A stretch of DNA of 64,000 bases from Christensenellaceae bacterium (GTDB taxonomy: Bacteria; Bacillota; Clostridia; Christensenellales; Borkfalkiaceae), in contig JAZRKO010000001.1 in the NCBI GenBank assembly GCA_045646405.1, positions 15,566-79,565 on the forward strand, read 5' to 3'. The translations under genes were made by a program, and so were the position numbers. How positions within the stretch are numbered: position 1 is the stretch's first letter; each line of letters begins with the position of its first letter. The notes below the pieces were generated by a model. That model did no database searches, was not told the DNA's origin, and saw only the letters and a program-made list of their open reading frames with translations. Of this stretch, positions 54,471-64,000 are shown in pieces.

Positions 54471-54935
54471 ATGAATAATAACACGATAAATAAAATAGCA
54501 AGTTTTGAAGTGGACCACGATAAAATAGGCGTAGGCATATACGTTTCGCGTATTGACGGGGATATCACAACCTACGATTTGAGAACGCGCGTTCCTAACG
54601 GCGACGATTATTTAGACGACGTTACTATGCACTCGGTTGAACATATGCTTGCAACGTACCTTAGAAACTCCAAAATCTCGAAAAGCGTTATATACTTCGG
54701 GCCTATGGGTTGTAGAACGGGTTTTTATCTTTTAACTCGAAATTTAAGCAACGAAACCGTTCTTAAAGAACTTAAACTTGCGCTTTATAAAACCATAAAC
54801 CACCAAGGCGAAATTTTTGGTGGAACGAAAAAAGAGTGCGGTAACTACAAGTGCTTGTCGCTTGAAAGCGCTAAACTAGAGTGCAAGCGATATTTAGACG
54901 CGCTCAATCAAACCCCTCAAACCTTTACTTATTAA
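54471..54935 (+). CDS. luxS: S-ribosylhomocysteine lyase
   Basis: The HSVEHMLATYLRN metal-binding motif, GPMGCRTGFY and the C-terminal CGN. Confidence 0.92.
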   Translation: MNNNTINKIASFEVDHDKIGVGIYVSRIDGDITTYDLRTRVPNGDDYLDDVTMHSVEHMLATYLRNSKISKSVIYFGPMGCRTGFYLLTRNLSNETVLKELKLALYKTINHQGEIFGGTKKECGNYKCLSLESAKLECKRYLDALNQTPQTFTY

Positions 54936-54940
54936 AAAGT

Positions 54941-54980
54941 AAAAAGTAGCGTATCGTTAAAACCGATACGCTACTTTTTT
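54941..54980 (+). terminator. Rho-independent terminator after luxS
   Basis: aaaaagtagcgtatcg-ttaaaac-cgatacgctactttttt. Confidence 0.8.
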
Positions 54981-55023
54981 AATTAAAAAACGGACCTATA
55001 AGCCCGTTTTTATAAATTATTTA

Positions 55024-56397
55024 TTAACCTTTTCTTTCGGGGAAAATAGGTTTAATATGACCGCCTTCTTTTTCAAGTTGCTCGTCAAGATTCTTTCTCC
55101 ACGCTTTAATTACAGACGGGTCTTTCGCAATATCATAACCGCATTGAGCAAGCGCCATACTAGCGTGAACCGCTGCTTTTAAGCCGATTTCGTGACCACA
55201 CGCCGAAACGATACCCCAAGAATGGCCGGGTGTTCCGTACACCCAACCCCAACCGTGTAAGCGTGACGTAGGCGTTAATCTAGTAAGGTAGCCGGCGTCG
55301 GTAGACACTGGGGCGTTAACGTGGTTACCGGTAGGTTTTTTAATGCCCGTGGGAATAACTTCTTCGCCTTCGCGCGGGTCTCTACCGTTAACGTTTTTGA
55401 ATAGTTCGGTCGCAAACGCCATTTCTTCTTCGTTATAAGTAAGCGGTGGAACTTTCTTCATAGCCTCGTAGAAGAAGTCGTTAAACTCGGAAATTTGAAT
55501 ACAGCCAGACGCCATTACGTTAATCGTAATTTTACACTCGGTTTCAGTCATTAAAGCAGCGCCTTGGGCTATTTTTTTAACTCTTTCTAAAACTTCGTAA
55601 CCATACTTTAAGTCCTTAGTTCTTAAAAAGTAATGGAGCGCGGCGTATTTAGGAACGACGTTAGGCTTTTCACCCGCTGAAATATACGAATAATGCATAC
55701 GCGTAGTCGGGTCAACGTGCTCGCGAAGATAGTTTACGCCAACGTTCATAAGTTCGCAAGCGTCAAGCGCGCTACGCCCGTCAAACGGAACGGATGCAGC
55801 GTGTGCAGACTTTCCAAAAAATTCCACTTTCATATTTGTAAGTGAGTTTTGAATATTTTCACGAACTTCTAAGTTGCAATATTTTGGGTGCCAAGCCATA
55901 CAGCAGTCAAGCCCGTCGAACACCCCGTCTCTCGCCATATGCATCTTGCCTTCAACAGTTTCTTCGGCAGGGCAAGCAAAGAACTTAATCGTACCTTTTA
56001 AGCCTTCTTTTTCCATAGCGTACTTTAAGGCTATCGCAGCCGAACCGCACGAAGGAGCCATAAGATTATGCCCGCAACCTTGACCGTTGCCTTTTTTAGG
56101 CGAAGGATACGGCAAAACGTCTTGCCCAAGCCCGGGCAACCCGTCGTACTCGCCGATAAAACCGATAACGGGGTGACCGCTACCCCAAGTTGCAACTACC
56201 GTATTGTGGGGTTTAGTGCTATCTGCACAGTTGAAAGTTTCCACTTTGAAACCGTGCTTTTCCATAAATTTTGCCGTGAGTTTGCACGACTCGTATTCTT
56301 CAAGCGCCGTTTCAGAAAGTTCCCAAAGTTGTTTTGCTAAATCTTTTACTTCTTGCCCGTATTTATCGTACCAGGACTGAATTGCCTTTTCTAACAT
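55024..56397 (-). CDS. M20 family amidohydrolase (AbgB/aminobenzoyl-glutamate-utilisation-like)
   Basis: GEYDGLPGLGQ...GHGCGHNL metal-ligand region and GKSAHAA. The length is typical of the M20D/AbgB group. Confidence 0.8.
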   Translation of the reverse strand: MLEKAIQSWYDKYGQEVKDLAKQLWELSETALEEYESCKLTAKFMEKHGFKVETFNCADSTKPHNTVVATWGSGHPVIGFIGEYDGLPGLGQDVLPYPSPKKGNGQGCGHNLMAPSCGSAAIALKYAMEKEGLKGTIKFFACPAEETVEGKMHMARDGVFDGLDCCMAWHPKYCNLEVRENIQNSLTNMKVEFFGKSAHAASVPFDGRSALDACELMNVGVNYLREHVDPTTRMHYSYISAGEKPNVVPKYAALHYFLRTKDLKYGYEVLERVKKIAQGAALMTETECKITINVMASGCIQISEFNDFFYEAMKKVPPLTYNEEEMAFATELFKNVNGRDPREGEEVIPTGIKKPTGNHVNAPVSTDAGYLTRLTPTSRLHGWGWVYGTPGHSWGIVSACGHEIGLKAAVHASMALAQCGYDIAKDPSVIKAWRKNLDEQLEKEGGHIKPIFPERKG

Positions 56398-56491
56398 CTT
56401 ATCTCCTTTTACGTTTTATAATTACTTTTATATTTTATTACATTTTATAACCGTTGTCAATAGAAAAAGCAAGGCGTTAGCCTTGGTAATT

Positions 56492-57439
56492 TTATTTGTT
56501 AACTACGTTTTGGGGATTTCCTTCAATAAACTTTTTAACGTTTTCGCCTGCGATATCCACAAGGCGTTGGCGCGTTTCCTTGCCTGCCCACGCCACGTGC
56601 GGTGTGATAAAGCAGTTTTCTATGCCGAAAAGGGGGCAATCTTCGCGCATAGGCTCATACCCGATAACGTCGTGACACGACGCGCGAATTTTCCCACTTT
56701 TAAGCGCTTTTGCTAGCGCGTTTTCATCAATGAGCCCACCCCTTGCCGTATTTATAAGAACGGCAGACGTTTTCATAAAGGAAAGCGTTTTTTCATTTAT
56801 CAATTTTTCGCTTTGATTAGTTAGGGGAAGATGTAGCGATACGAAGTCGCTACGTCTTAGTAAGTCTTCAAGTGACGTAAACTTAAACTCGCCTTCCTTT
56901 TTAGTGCGCGAATGAACTATAACGTTCATTTTAAGTGCCTTTGCAATTTCAGCAACCCTTTTACCGATACTCCCAAACCCAATAATTCCTAGCGTTTTGC
57001 CTGCAAGTTCAGTTATAAAATAGGGGTAATAGCAAAAGTTTTTAGTCTTTTTCCAGTCGCCTGCGTTTACAGAATTTATATAACTACCAATCGACGTGGC
57101 CGTATACAATATAAACGATATGGTTAGTTGAGCAACCCCGTCAGTCGAGTATGCTGGAACGTTACAAACGGTAACGCCACGTTCTTTTGCCGTTTCTATA
57201 TCAATATTGTTATAACCCGTTGCAAAAGTACCAACGTATTTTAGGTTTTTGCAACTTTTAATAACGCTAGCCGTTATAGGCGTTCTGTTTACGATTACCC
57301 CGTCGGCATCGCCTATTATTTTAGAAATATCACCGCTAGGAATTCCACCATAATAGACAACTTTTGCTACGCTTTCTAGTATGGAATAATCTATTCCACC
57401 CTCCATAACGCTATCTTTTTCAAAAACAACAATTTTCAT
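56492..57439 (-). CDS. D-2-hydroxyacid (glycerate/hydroxypyruvate-type) dehydrogenase
   Basis: LGIIGFGSIGKRVAE (GxGxxG), NTARGGLIDE and ITPHVAW. Confidence 0.85.
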   Translation of the reverse strand: MKIVVFEKDSVMEGGIDYSILESVAKVVYYGGIPSGDISKIIGDADGVIVNRTPITASVIKSCKNLKYVGTFATGYNNIDIETAKERGVTVCNVPAYSTDGVAQLTISFILYTATSIGSYINSVNAGDWKKTKNFCYYPYFITELAGKTLGIIGFGSIGKRVAEIAKALKMNVIVHSRTKKEGEFKFTSLEDLLRRSDFVSLHLPLTNQSEKLINEKTLSFMKTSAVLINTARGGLIDENALAKALKSGKIRASCHDVIGYEPMREDCPLFGIENCFITPHVAWAGKETRQRLVDIAGENVKKFIEGNPQNVVNK

Positions 57440-57470
57440 ATTATATCCTTTTAACCGCCTTATAAGTTCA

Positions 57471-59951
57471 TTACTCTCTATAATCGAAAACTATATTTAG
57501 CACGTTAAACCCGCCGAAATCATAGTGAGCCCAGTAATAACCAAATCCGCTTTTCTTGACTGAAAACTCACAGTAAATAGTTAGGGTTTCACAGCCTATA
57601 AACGCGTAATCTTCAATAATGTTTACAGTATCGGGTATTACTAATTCAGTTAACTTTTTACAACCTGAAAAACAACGCTCTCCTATCGTTTCAATATTAC
57701 TTGAAAGGCTAACCGTCGCTAAATTTATACAATTTGTAAACGCATGCGATTTTAGGGTGGTAACGGTATCTGGAATAACCGCGCTAATTAAACTTTCGCT
57801 TTCATTCCAATCTATTATAACTTTATCAATCGTTGTAACGTTATACGATTTGTTGTTATACGTTATACTTGACGGAATAACTACGTGTTCAACTTCGCAA
57901 ATTGAACCAAATAAGGTTGCCACGCCGTCTTTAATTCCGTATCGCATATTGCCAATTAACGTGTAGATATAACCGTCGTCAGCAACGTCGTTATTTTTTG
58001 AATCCCAAACGACGGGGTTTCCATCATTGTTCCAATTTTTACTCCACCCTTTTCCCGCCTCTATCGCTTCGCAATAAACGGTTACGTTGTGACTTACGTA
58101 AAATAAATTGCTACCGACGTGCGTTACGCTTTTAGGTATGGTAATAGACGTTAAATTTGAACACCTTTCAAACGCATAACTTCCTATTGACGTTAACTTG
58201 CTACCTTCTTCTATCGTAACAGATTTTAAGCTACGGCACTCGCTAAACGAACCGAATCCAATACTTTCAACGTTTGCAGGAATAACTATGCTTTCTAAAC
58301 CACAACCGCTAACCCCACCAAAGTAAGTTAGCGTGCTAGGAAGGATAATTTCAGTTAAGTTTTCGCACGCCCCAAAGCCCCTCAACGCGATTACGCCTTC
58401 TTCTAACGTTACTTTTTTAAGCCCTTTGTAATAACCAAAATTGCCCGTTTTAGACATATCGGCTTTTGTGGTAATAGTTACTTCTTCAACGAGTTTGCCA
58501 CCCAAATAAAAACTTTCAACGTAGTAAAAGGGCGATTCGTTTATTTCAAGTGAAAGCCACTCGTCGGCATCGCCTTCAAAATACACCTCGTCTAAATTAT
58601 ATAGATAACTAAACACGCTTTCTTGCGTCTTACCTAAAACGTTATAATTTTGGTTTTTATACGTTATTTGCTTAGGAATATTTAGCGCGGTAATATTTTC
58701 ATTTTGCGCCGTTATATACGCGTCGCCTTCTATAATTACGTAATTTACGCCGTCTACATTAGCGTAAACGTTACCGTCGGTAGCAACGTCGTTATTTTTA
58801 TAGTTCCAAATAATGGTTCTTGCGTAACTAAAATCGTCAAGCCAACCTTGTTGCGTTACTAAATCTTCGCAGTAGATTACCGCCCTGTTACAGTTATAAA
58901 AAGCGCCTTCGCCAATTTCCGTTACGGTTGACGGAATTTCAATTTTAGTAAGCCTAAAATAATCGCCGAACGCGTTCTTTGAAATTTTAGTTGCCGTGGT
59001 AATTTTTATTTCGTTTGCTATCTCCCCATTTATTCTAAGCCCCACGCCGTTTTGAAGAACGGGCCCGTCAAAATTTATTGAAACCCACTCGTCAATACTT
59101 CCTAGATAGGTTATTTCTAACAGTTCGTAACACCATAAAAAAGAGTCCACCCCGATATTTTTTACGGTTGTTGGAATTGTTGCATAGTTAAGGTAAACGC
59201 ACTCGTAAAACGCCCTGTCGCAAATTTTAGTAACCGTGTAGTTATTGCCGTTATACGATATAGTAGACGGAATTTCCGCCCTTTTTAATTGTTGAATTTG
59301 CCTTTCTACGTAAGCCTCGCCGTTCAAAAGCGAGTATCTAACACCTGAAATTAGTGCGTATTCGCGCCCATCGTCTGCTAGGTTATTAGTTTTCGAGTTC
59401 CAAACCACAGGCCTACCGCTATTAAAATCACTTGCCCAACCGCTTGGGTTTTTGGACGATTCGCAGTAAACAATAACCGCTTCACAACCGTTAAAAAGGT
59501 TAGCACCAACTTCTTCAAGAGAACTAGGCAAAGTTGTACTTGTTAAATTAACACACTCTTCAAACGCGTTGCTACCGATATTTTTAACACCACTTGGTAT
59601 AGTTATTTCTTCTAAACTAAAACAATTTCTAAACGCTTTTTCAATTATAGTCGTTAATTGCGAACCTTCTTCAAACACGATACGTTTAGCGTTATATGCA
59701 GAAATTAGCGCTTCGCCACCTATTACGTTTACGCATTTAGGAATAAACACTTCTTCAAGTTCCGATGCGTAATTTCTATCCTTAAAATCAGTAATTACAA
59801 TACCACTTTCCCCTTCTAGATAATCAAAAATTTCTAAATTAGGGTCAACCACCGAGGGTTCTTCGTCACTAGGCTCGCCACAGCCAACCGTAAACGCTAG
59901 CGATAATAAACATATAAATAAAGCGATAAAAATACTTAGTCTAATTTTCAT
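57471..59951 (-). CDS. BspA-type leucine-rich-repeat surface lipoprotein
   Basis: Lipobox AFTVGC. There are many repeats of the form F..C..L..I.IP..V..IG..AF, arranged as three super-repeats that each end in (V/I)(V/I)W(N/D)(S/Y)K(T/N)N(N/D)(L/V)A(D/T)DG. Confidence 0.8.
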   Translation of the reverse strand: MKIRLSIFIALFICLLSLAFTVGCGEPSDEEPSVVDPNLEIFDYLEGESGIVITDFKDRNYASELEEVFIPKCVNVIGGEALISAYNAKRIVFEEGSQLTTIIEKAFRNCFSLEEITIPSGVKNIGSNAFEECVNLTSTTLPSSLEEVGANLFNGCEAVIVYCESSKNPSGWASDFNSGRPVVWNSKTNNLADDGREYALISGVRYSLLNGEAYVERQIQQLKRAEIPSTISYNGNNYTVTKICDRAFYECVYLNYATIPTTVKNIGVDSFLWCYELLEITYLGSIDEWVSINFDGPVLQNGVGLRINGEIANEIKITTATKISKNAFGDYFRLTKIEIPSTVTEIGEGAFYNCNRAVIYCEDLVTQQGWLDDFSYARTIIWNYKNNDVATDGNVYANVDGVNYVIIEGDAYITAQNENITALNIPKQITYKNQNYNVLGKTQESVFSYLYNLDEVYFEGDADEWLSLEINESPFYYVESFYLGGKLVEEVTITTKADMSKTGNFGYYKGLKKVTLEEGVIALRGFGACENLTEIILPSTLTYFGGVSGCGLESIVIPANVESIGFGSFSECRSLKSVTIEEGSKLTSIGSYAFERCSNLTSITIPKSVTHVGSNLFYVSHNVTVYCEAIEAGKGWSKNWNNDGNPVVWDSKNNDVADDGYIYTLIGNMRYGIKDGVATLFGSICEVEHVVIPSSITYNNKSYNVTTIDKVIIDWNESESLISAVIPDTVTTLKSHAFTNCINLATVSLSSNIETIGERCFSGCKKLTELVIPDTVNIIEDYAFIGCETLTIYCEFSVKKSGFGYYWAHYDFGGFNVLNIVFDYRE

Positions 59952-60078
59952 GTTATCATTATAGCATTATAGGGCGCGTAAATCAATACATATTGCGCAT
60001 TTCAAAAAAGGCTATACGCTACTTGACAAACACATATATAATAGTTACAATAAATCTATTCTATTAGGAAATATAAGT

Positions 60079-62010
60079 ATGAAAAAAATAGTTCTTAAAA
60101 TTTTAACGTTTACTTTAATTGCTTGCTTTGGTTCAAGCCTTTTTACCGCCTGCAATTTAGCTGACGGTGACCAACCCCCTACCACCGTTAGCAAAATAAC
60201 TTCTAACCTTTTAGACGGAAAAGTTGCTAACTTTTTAGGTGCGGAAGGTTTTGGCATTATTGAAAAAACACCCAAAATAACAACGGTTTCAAAAATCAAA
60301 AACCCGTTAACCGTTTACGCCGAAGAAAGCAAAGGTCAACAAAAGAAGTCTGAGTTTGTAAAGCAAACCGAAGAAGGTTATATTGACGTTTACTTTCACT
60401 CAAATAACGGCTTGCATAAAGGCTATAAAAACCTTAACAAAAAATATGCAAAGCACCACCACAAAAACGTTGAGTGTAGCGATACTGATTGTGACGAGAT
60501 TTCCGACGAGATTACCCAAGAAGAAACTAGTGGCAACGCTTCTACGATAGCATCTCTTAACGCTAGAATTAACAAACTTTACAACTATAAAAACTTTACG
60601 TTCGCGTCGATAAGTAGCGCGGTTGAAGGCGACGTAACAGTGGTTTACAACGTTTATCGACCAACTATAAACCAAGGCGTTTTAACTTCGCTTAAACACA
60701 GTTACCCTACGGCGGTAAATATTGAAAACCATTTTAGCGTTTCGGGTAGCGGTTGGGAGTTTGGATATATTAAAATTGACGCTACCGACACTACGCCCCA
60801 AGGCATTATCCCCACGAAAATCAACGAAAACGAAACGGGATACCATACTTCAAACTACTGGTGTGACGATTATAACCAAAGTTACCTTATAGATAACGAT
60901 ACGGGAATTGCCTATTCTCTTTCGCAGTTTAAGTATATATATTCGGTTGCTAACGGTATAATAAAGGTTTTTGACGATACCGTACCCGGTTGGTTTAAGT
61001 ACTACAAACCCGTCATAACCGATGCGGGACTATCGTTTGAAAGAATTTCACTTCCTACCGACCTTGGCTACGTTTCAAGTTTACCCGTTGGTGGTACGTC
61101 AACCTCGGTTATGATTGACGTTTACGGAAATATGTTATTTAACGGGGTTAGCACTTTAAGTCAAAACGCTCAAGTTGACGAATACGGCGAACAAAAATGC
61201 GGTGATAATATCATAATTTCATATGCAAGTTCGCAAGTTTATAACGAGTTAAGCAATAAAAATCAATACGGCAATTTAAGTCAAATTATCGCCACTAGAT
61301 ATCTAAAATCAAACCGCTACCACCAAGGTAGTGACGGTAGGATATACAGAGTTGATTTTAGGGGGCTATTTAGCGAAGTTAAAGTTCACGTTTTAGACGA
61401 AAACTGCGCTTGGGCGGAAGTTGATAACACTACAAACGTTACCTTTGATAAATTTAACGGTGCAATCGCTTGGTGGGTAGGCGTTAATCAAAATTATATA
61501 GACTCGTTTAGAATAACTAAAATATCTAATGGCTACGCTTATTATTCTACTGCCTGCGCTAGTGACGGGGCTCACGTATGGGATATAGTTACTCTAAGTG
61601 ACGACCTCGTTTCTAATAAAGACTACGCTGGCGTTGTTAAAATTCCCGTTAACGGACCTACTAGTGATTATTCTCATCTTTTGTATATGCAAGAATTTAT
61701 AAACGCCGAGTTTGACTATAATAAAAACTTTTCTATATTTTTAATAGGCGATACTCAAATGCTTTATCACGATAAAAATACCGTGTATATCGTTGACGTT
61801 GAAAGTGGTAAAAGGGCGCAAATAAACTCTTCAACTAACGCCCTTACTACAATTGACAAAAATAACTTGGTGTTTAACATCAACGGCGTTACTAAATACC
61901 TTAACGTTTTACAAAACGTTGATATTGATAATTTTGAATCGGCACTCAGCACCGAACCTATTATCCTTGGCGGTAAGTTAGACGCATACTTTGAATTTTT
62001 AACGAAATAA
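60079..62010 (+). CDS. Large lipoprotein, unknown function
   Basis: Lipobox LFTACN. 643 aa with no motif I recognise. It is divergent from the LRR lipoprotein gene. Confidence 0.6.
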   Translation: MKKIVLKILTFTLIACFGSSLFTACNLADGDQPPTTVSKITSNLLDGKVANFLGAEGFGIIEKTPKITTVSKIKNPLTVYAEESKGQQKKSEFVKQTEEGYIDVYFHSNNGLHKGYKNLNKKYAKHHHKNVECSDTDCDEISDEITQEETSGNASTIASLNARINKLYNYKNFTFASISSAVEGDVTVVYNVYRPTINQGVLTSLKHSYPTAVNIENHFSVSGSGWEFGYIKIDATDTTPQGIIPTKINENETGYHTSNYWCDDYNQSYLIDNDTGIAYSLSQFKYIYSVANGIIKVFDDTVPGWFKYYKPVITDAGLSFERISLPTDLGYVSSLPVGGTSTSVMIDVYGNMLFNGVSTLSQNAQVDEYGEQKCGDNIIISYASSQVYNELSNKNQYGNLSQIIATRYLKSNRYHQGSDGRIYRVDFRGLFSEVKVHVLDENCAWAEVDNTTNVTFDKFNGAIAWWVGVNQNYIDSFRITKISNGYAYYSTACASDGAHVWDIVTLSDDLVSNKDYAGVVKIPVNGPTSDYSHLLYMQEFINAEFDYNKNFSIFLIGDTQMLYHDKNTVYIVDVESGKRAQINSSTNALTTIDKNNLVFNINGVTKYLNVLQNVDIDNFESALSTEPIILGGKLDAYFEFLTK

Positions 62011-62015
62011 TTATA

Positions 62016-62045
62016 AACCCCTTATGAAAGCAATCATAAGGGGTT
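62016..62045. terminator. Bidirectional terminator
   Basis: aaccccttatga-aagcaa-tcataaggggtt followed by agtttttt. Confidence 0.8.
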
Positions 62046-62051
62046 AGTTTT

Positions 62052-62663
62052 TTAATATCCTAAATTTTCATCAATTAAAATAATTTCGTAATCAATGCCC
62101 GCAGGTTTTTGCCAAAACACGGATAAGTTTCTACAAATTCTATCGGGGCTATTGCAGTCGTAACACCTATCACCTTTTACGGCGCACGGCGTTTTGCGAT
62201 TAAGTCTTTTAGCGTTAAGCGGGCTTGCAACGTTTCTTGCTCGATATAGCGCACTCTCAAAGTCGGGTGCAAGTTTATTTCCACCAATTATTAGATATAC
62301 CTTTTTAGGCCCAAACGAAATCGCCGAAACGCGATTGCCCGTGTAGTCTATATTTATAACGTCGCCTTTTTCAGATAACGCGTTAACCGAACTAATATAC
62401 ACTTCGCTAAGACAGGCTAACTTCCTAACTTCCATAGTCGTTAACCCGTCAGGCGTTCTATCGTGAAAATACACAGTGTTATGCGTTGCAAGTTTATCAA
62501 ATAAATCTAATTCTTTTACCGTTACCGAACCGCCAAAACCAACGGTAACTCCGTCAATTTGGCTATCTAAATACTTTGTAGCCAACTCTTTGCTTTCAAA
62601 AACTGAAACCTTATAGCTTTTGCTTTGTAAATTTGATTTTACGTTAGAAAAATCGTAATTCAT
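62052..62663 (-). CDS. LUD-domain (LutC/YkgG-like) protein with C-terminal Cys cluster
   Basis: VGFGGSVTV and SVNALSEKGDVINIDYTGNR are typical of lactate-utilisation LUD domains. The C-terminal CAVKGDRCYDCNSPDRIC is also present. Confidence 0.65.
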   Translation of the reverse strand: MNYDFSNVKSNLQSKSYKVSVFESKELATKYLDSQIDGVTVGFGGSVTVKELDLFDKLATHNTVYFHDRTPDGLTTMEVRKLACLSEVYISSVNALSEKGDVINIDYTGNRVSAISFGPKKVYLIIGGNKLAPDFESALYRARNVASPLNAKRLNRKTPCAVKGDRCYDCNSPDRICRNLSVFWQKPAGIDYEIILIDENLGY

Positions 62664-62745
62664 AGTTTATCCTTTACGTTAAAAAAAATAATAAATTTGT
62701 TTCTTTTTTAATTATTTTAGCATAGTAAAATTACCTTTTCAATAT

Positions 62746-62773
62746 AAAAAGCGAAGTTTTAACTTCGCTTTTA
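62746..62773 (-). terminator. Rho-independent terminator after nagB
   Basis: aaagcgaagtt-tt-aacttcgcttt. Confidence 0.7.
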
Positions 62774-62779
62774 TACGTA

Positions 62780-63565
62780 TTAGATTTCGTTTTTGTAAAT
62801 TTCCTTGAAGTATTTATAAGTGTCAACTTTCAATTCGCCACAAGCAGGCTCGTCACACGCGATAATACCGTCTTTATGGAGTTGAAGTGCGCTTATGGTC
62901 CAAGCGTGGTCAACGCCACCTTCAATGCAGTGACGAAGCGCGCGCGCCTTGTTGTGACCGCTAATAAGTAACATTACTTGCTTAGAGTCGCACACCGTAC
63001 CAACGCCAACCGAAAGCGCCGTTTTGGGAACTTTGTTGGGGTCGTTATCGAAAAAGCGTGAGTTTGCAATTAAAGTATCTTCCGTAAGGGCGCGAATACC
63101 CGTTCTAGAAGTTAACGAAGTAAAGGGTTCGTTAAACGCGATATGCCCGTCAACACCGCTACCGCCCATAAATAAATCGATACCGCCGTACGATGCAATC
63201 TTTTCTTCATAGCGTTTGCACTCGCCTTCTAAATCTTCCGCCATACCGTTTAAGATATTTACGTTTTCAGCAGGGATATCAATGTGGTTAAAGAAGTTAT
63301 CGTGCATAAAGTACCAATAACTTTGGTCGTGTTCTCTCGGGAGTCCAACGTATTCGTCCATATTAAAAGTAACTACGTTTTTGAAGGTAACTTTGCCAGC
63401 CTTGTTCATCTCGATAAGTTTTTTGTATACGCCAAGCGGAGAAGAACCAGTAGGAAGACCAAGAACGAAAGGTCTATTTTCTTTGTGGTTATTGATGGCG
63501 TTTGCGATATGATTAGCAGCCCAGTCACTCATTTTCTCGTAATTTTCTTTGATAATTACTTTCAT
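62780..63565 (-). CDS. nagB: Glucosamine-6-phosphate deaminase
   Basis: [27 protein letters not shown] and [20 protein letters not shown]. Confidence 0.92.
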   Translation of the reverse strand: MKVIIKENYEKMSDWAANHIANAINNHKENRPFVLGLPTGSSPLGVYKKLIEMNKAGKVTFKNVVTFNMDEYVGLPREHDQSYWYFMHDNFFNHIDIPAENVNILNGMAEDLEGECKRYEEKIASYGGIDLFMGGSGVDGHIAFNEPFTSLTSRTGIRALTEDTLIANSRFFDNDPNKVPKTALSVGVGTVCDSKQVMLLISGHNKARALRHCIEGGVDHAWTISALQLHKDGIIACDEPACGELKVDTYKYFKEIYKNEI

Positions 63566-63647
63566 AATAATTCTCCTTAATAAACTAAAATTTCATTATT
63601 TTGATTATACAACTATTTGTTTTTTTTGTAAAGGCAAAACCCGTAAT

Positions 63648-64000
63648 TTACAAATTTTCTATACCTAAATCCCAAAGTAGTCTTGATAAAACGTATTTAT
63701 CTCTTATATCTTTGGTCGCTTTTAGGGTTAAACTTAAATCGCAGTCTATCCCTATATCTTCTGGTGTGGTCGGTGCGCCGATAGATAGTAAAATTTCTTC
63801 AACTTTGTTTTGGGGCGGAATTTCTTCTTTTATGATTTTACAAATTTCTTCCCACTTATTAAGAATAATTTCTAGGCGCTTTTTATGGTTTTCTACGCTG
63901 TACTTTTGCTCTTTTTCTTCTAGGGCAATCATTGTGTTTGCGCCCTTTCCTAGAAAGGTTTTTAGGTCTTCTTTCCACGCCTCGTAGTCAAACGATTTAG
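63648..64000 (-). CDS. Partial CDS (C-terminus only): iron-ADH-fold, sn-glycerol-1-phosphate dehydrogenase (AraM/EgsA)-like
   Basis: The reading frame is open to the window edge (KSFDYEAWKEDLKTFLGKGANTMIALEE...). The C-terminus TPEDIGID...ATKDIRDKYVLSRLLWDLG resembles G1PDH-family ends, from memory. Confidence 0.45.
   Translation of the reverse strand, partial: KSFDYEAWKEDLKTFLGKGANTMIALEEKEQKYSVENHKKRLEIILNKWEEICKIIKEEIPPQNKVEEILLSIGAPTTPEDIGIDCDLSLTLKATKDIRDKYVLSRLLWDLGIENL

Noticed and set aside
60045-60299. 84-aa minus-strand ORF overlapping the start of the 643-aa lipoprotein gene.
   Set aside because: It is antisense to a gene with a clear RBS and lipobox signal peptide, and it has no independent support.
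1-64000. Search for CRISPR arrays, tRNA or rRNA genes, transposases, integrases and prophage genes.
   Set aside because: I saw no regularly spaced direct repeats, cloverleaf-like sequences, or ORFs with recombinase or transposase motifs anywhere. The only mobility signals are compositional, at the R-M islet and the centre of the glycan locus.

Overview
This looks like a chromosomal segment from a low-GC Gram-positive, probably spore-forming Clostridia-like bacterium. The evidence is a SpoIVFB/SpoIVFA-like pair, DegV, a T-box leader, single-chain GlyQS, many lipobox signal peptides, and strong Shine-Dalgarno sites with hairpin terminators. I found no rRNA, tRNA, CRISPR array, transposase or integrase. 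Housekeeping genes include birA, glyQS, glnS, copA, an ABC-F ATPase, a purine permease, ppx, trmO, pdxK with a PdxR-like regulator, Trp T-box plus trpB2, thrH, luxS and nagB. Four accessory blocks sit among them. (1) 4.1-7.6 kb holds a tapA-sipW-tasA-like operon: a SipW-type signal peptidase with an unusual duplicated C-terminal extension, flanked by two secreted proteins that share a GVYATW(S/N)YS signal motif. This is my best candidate for an undescribed system. (2) 16.3-18.6 kb is an AT-rich type II restriction-modification islet, with a REase candidate convergent on an m5C methyltransferase. (3) 18.8-20.0 kb is an SPFH/Band-7 gene translationally coupled to a 59-aa ribbon-helix-helix gene that falls below the ORF-track cutoff, with a tandem palindromic operator candidate. 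(4) 34.2-51.7 kb is a 15-gene Wzx/Wzy-type surface-polysaccharide locus containing an FnlA/B/C (L-FucNAc-type) pathway. There are also several large lipoprotein or surface proteins of unknown function. All calls come from motif recognition by eye. No database search or numerical composition analysis was possible. Small-feature coordinates are approximate to within a few nt.
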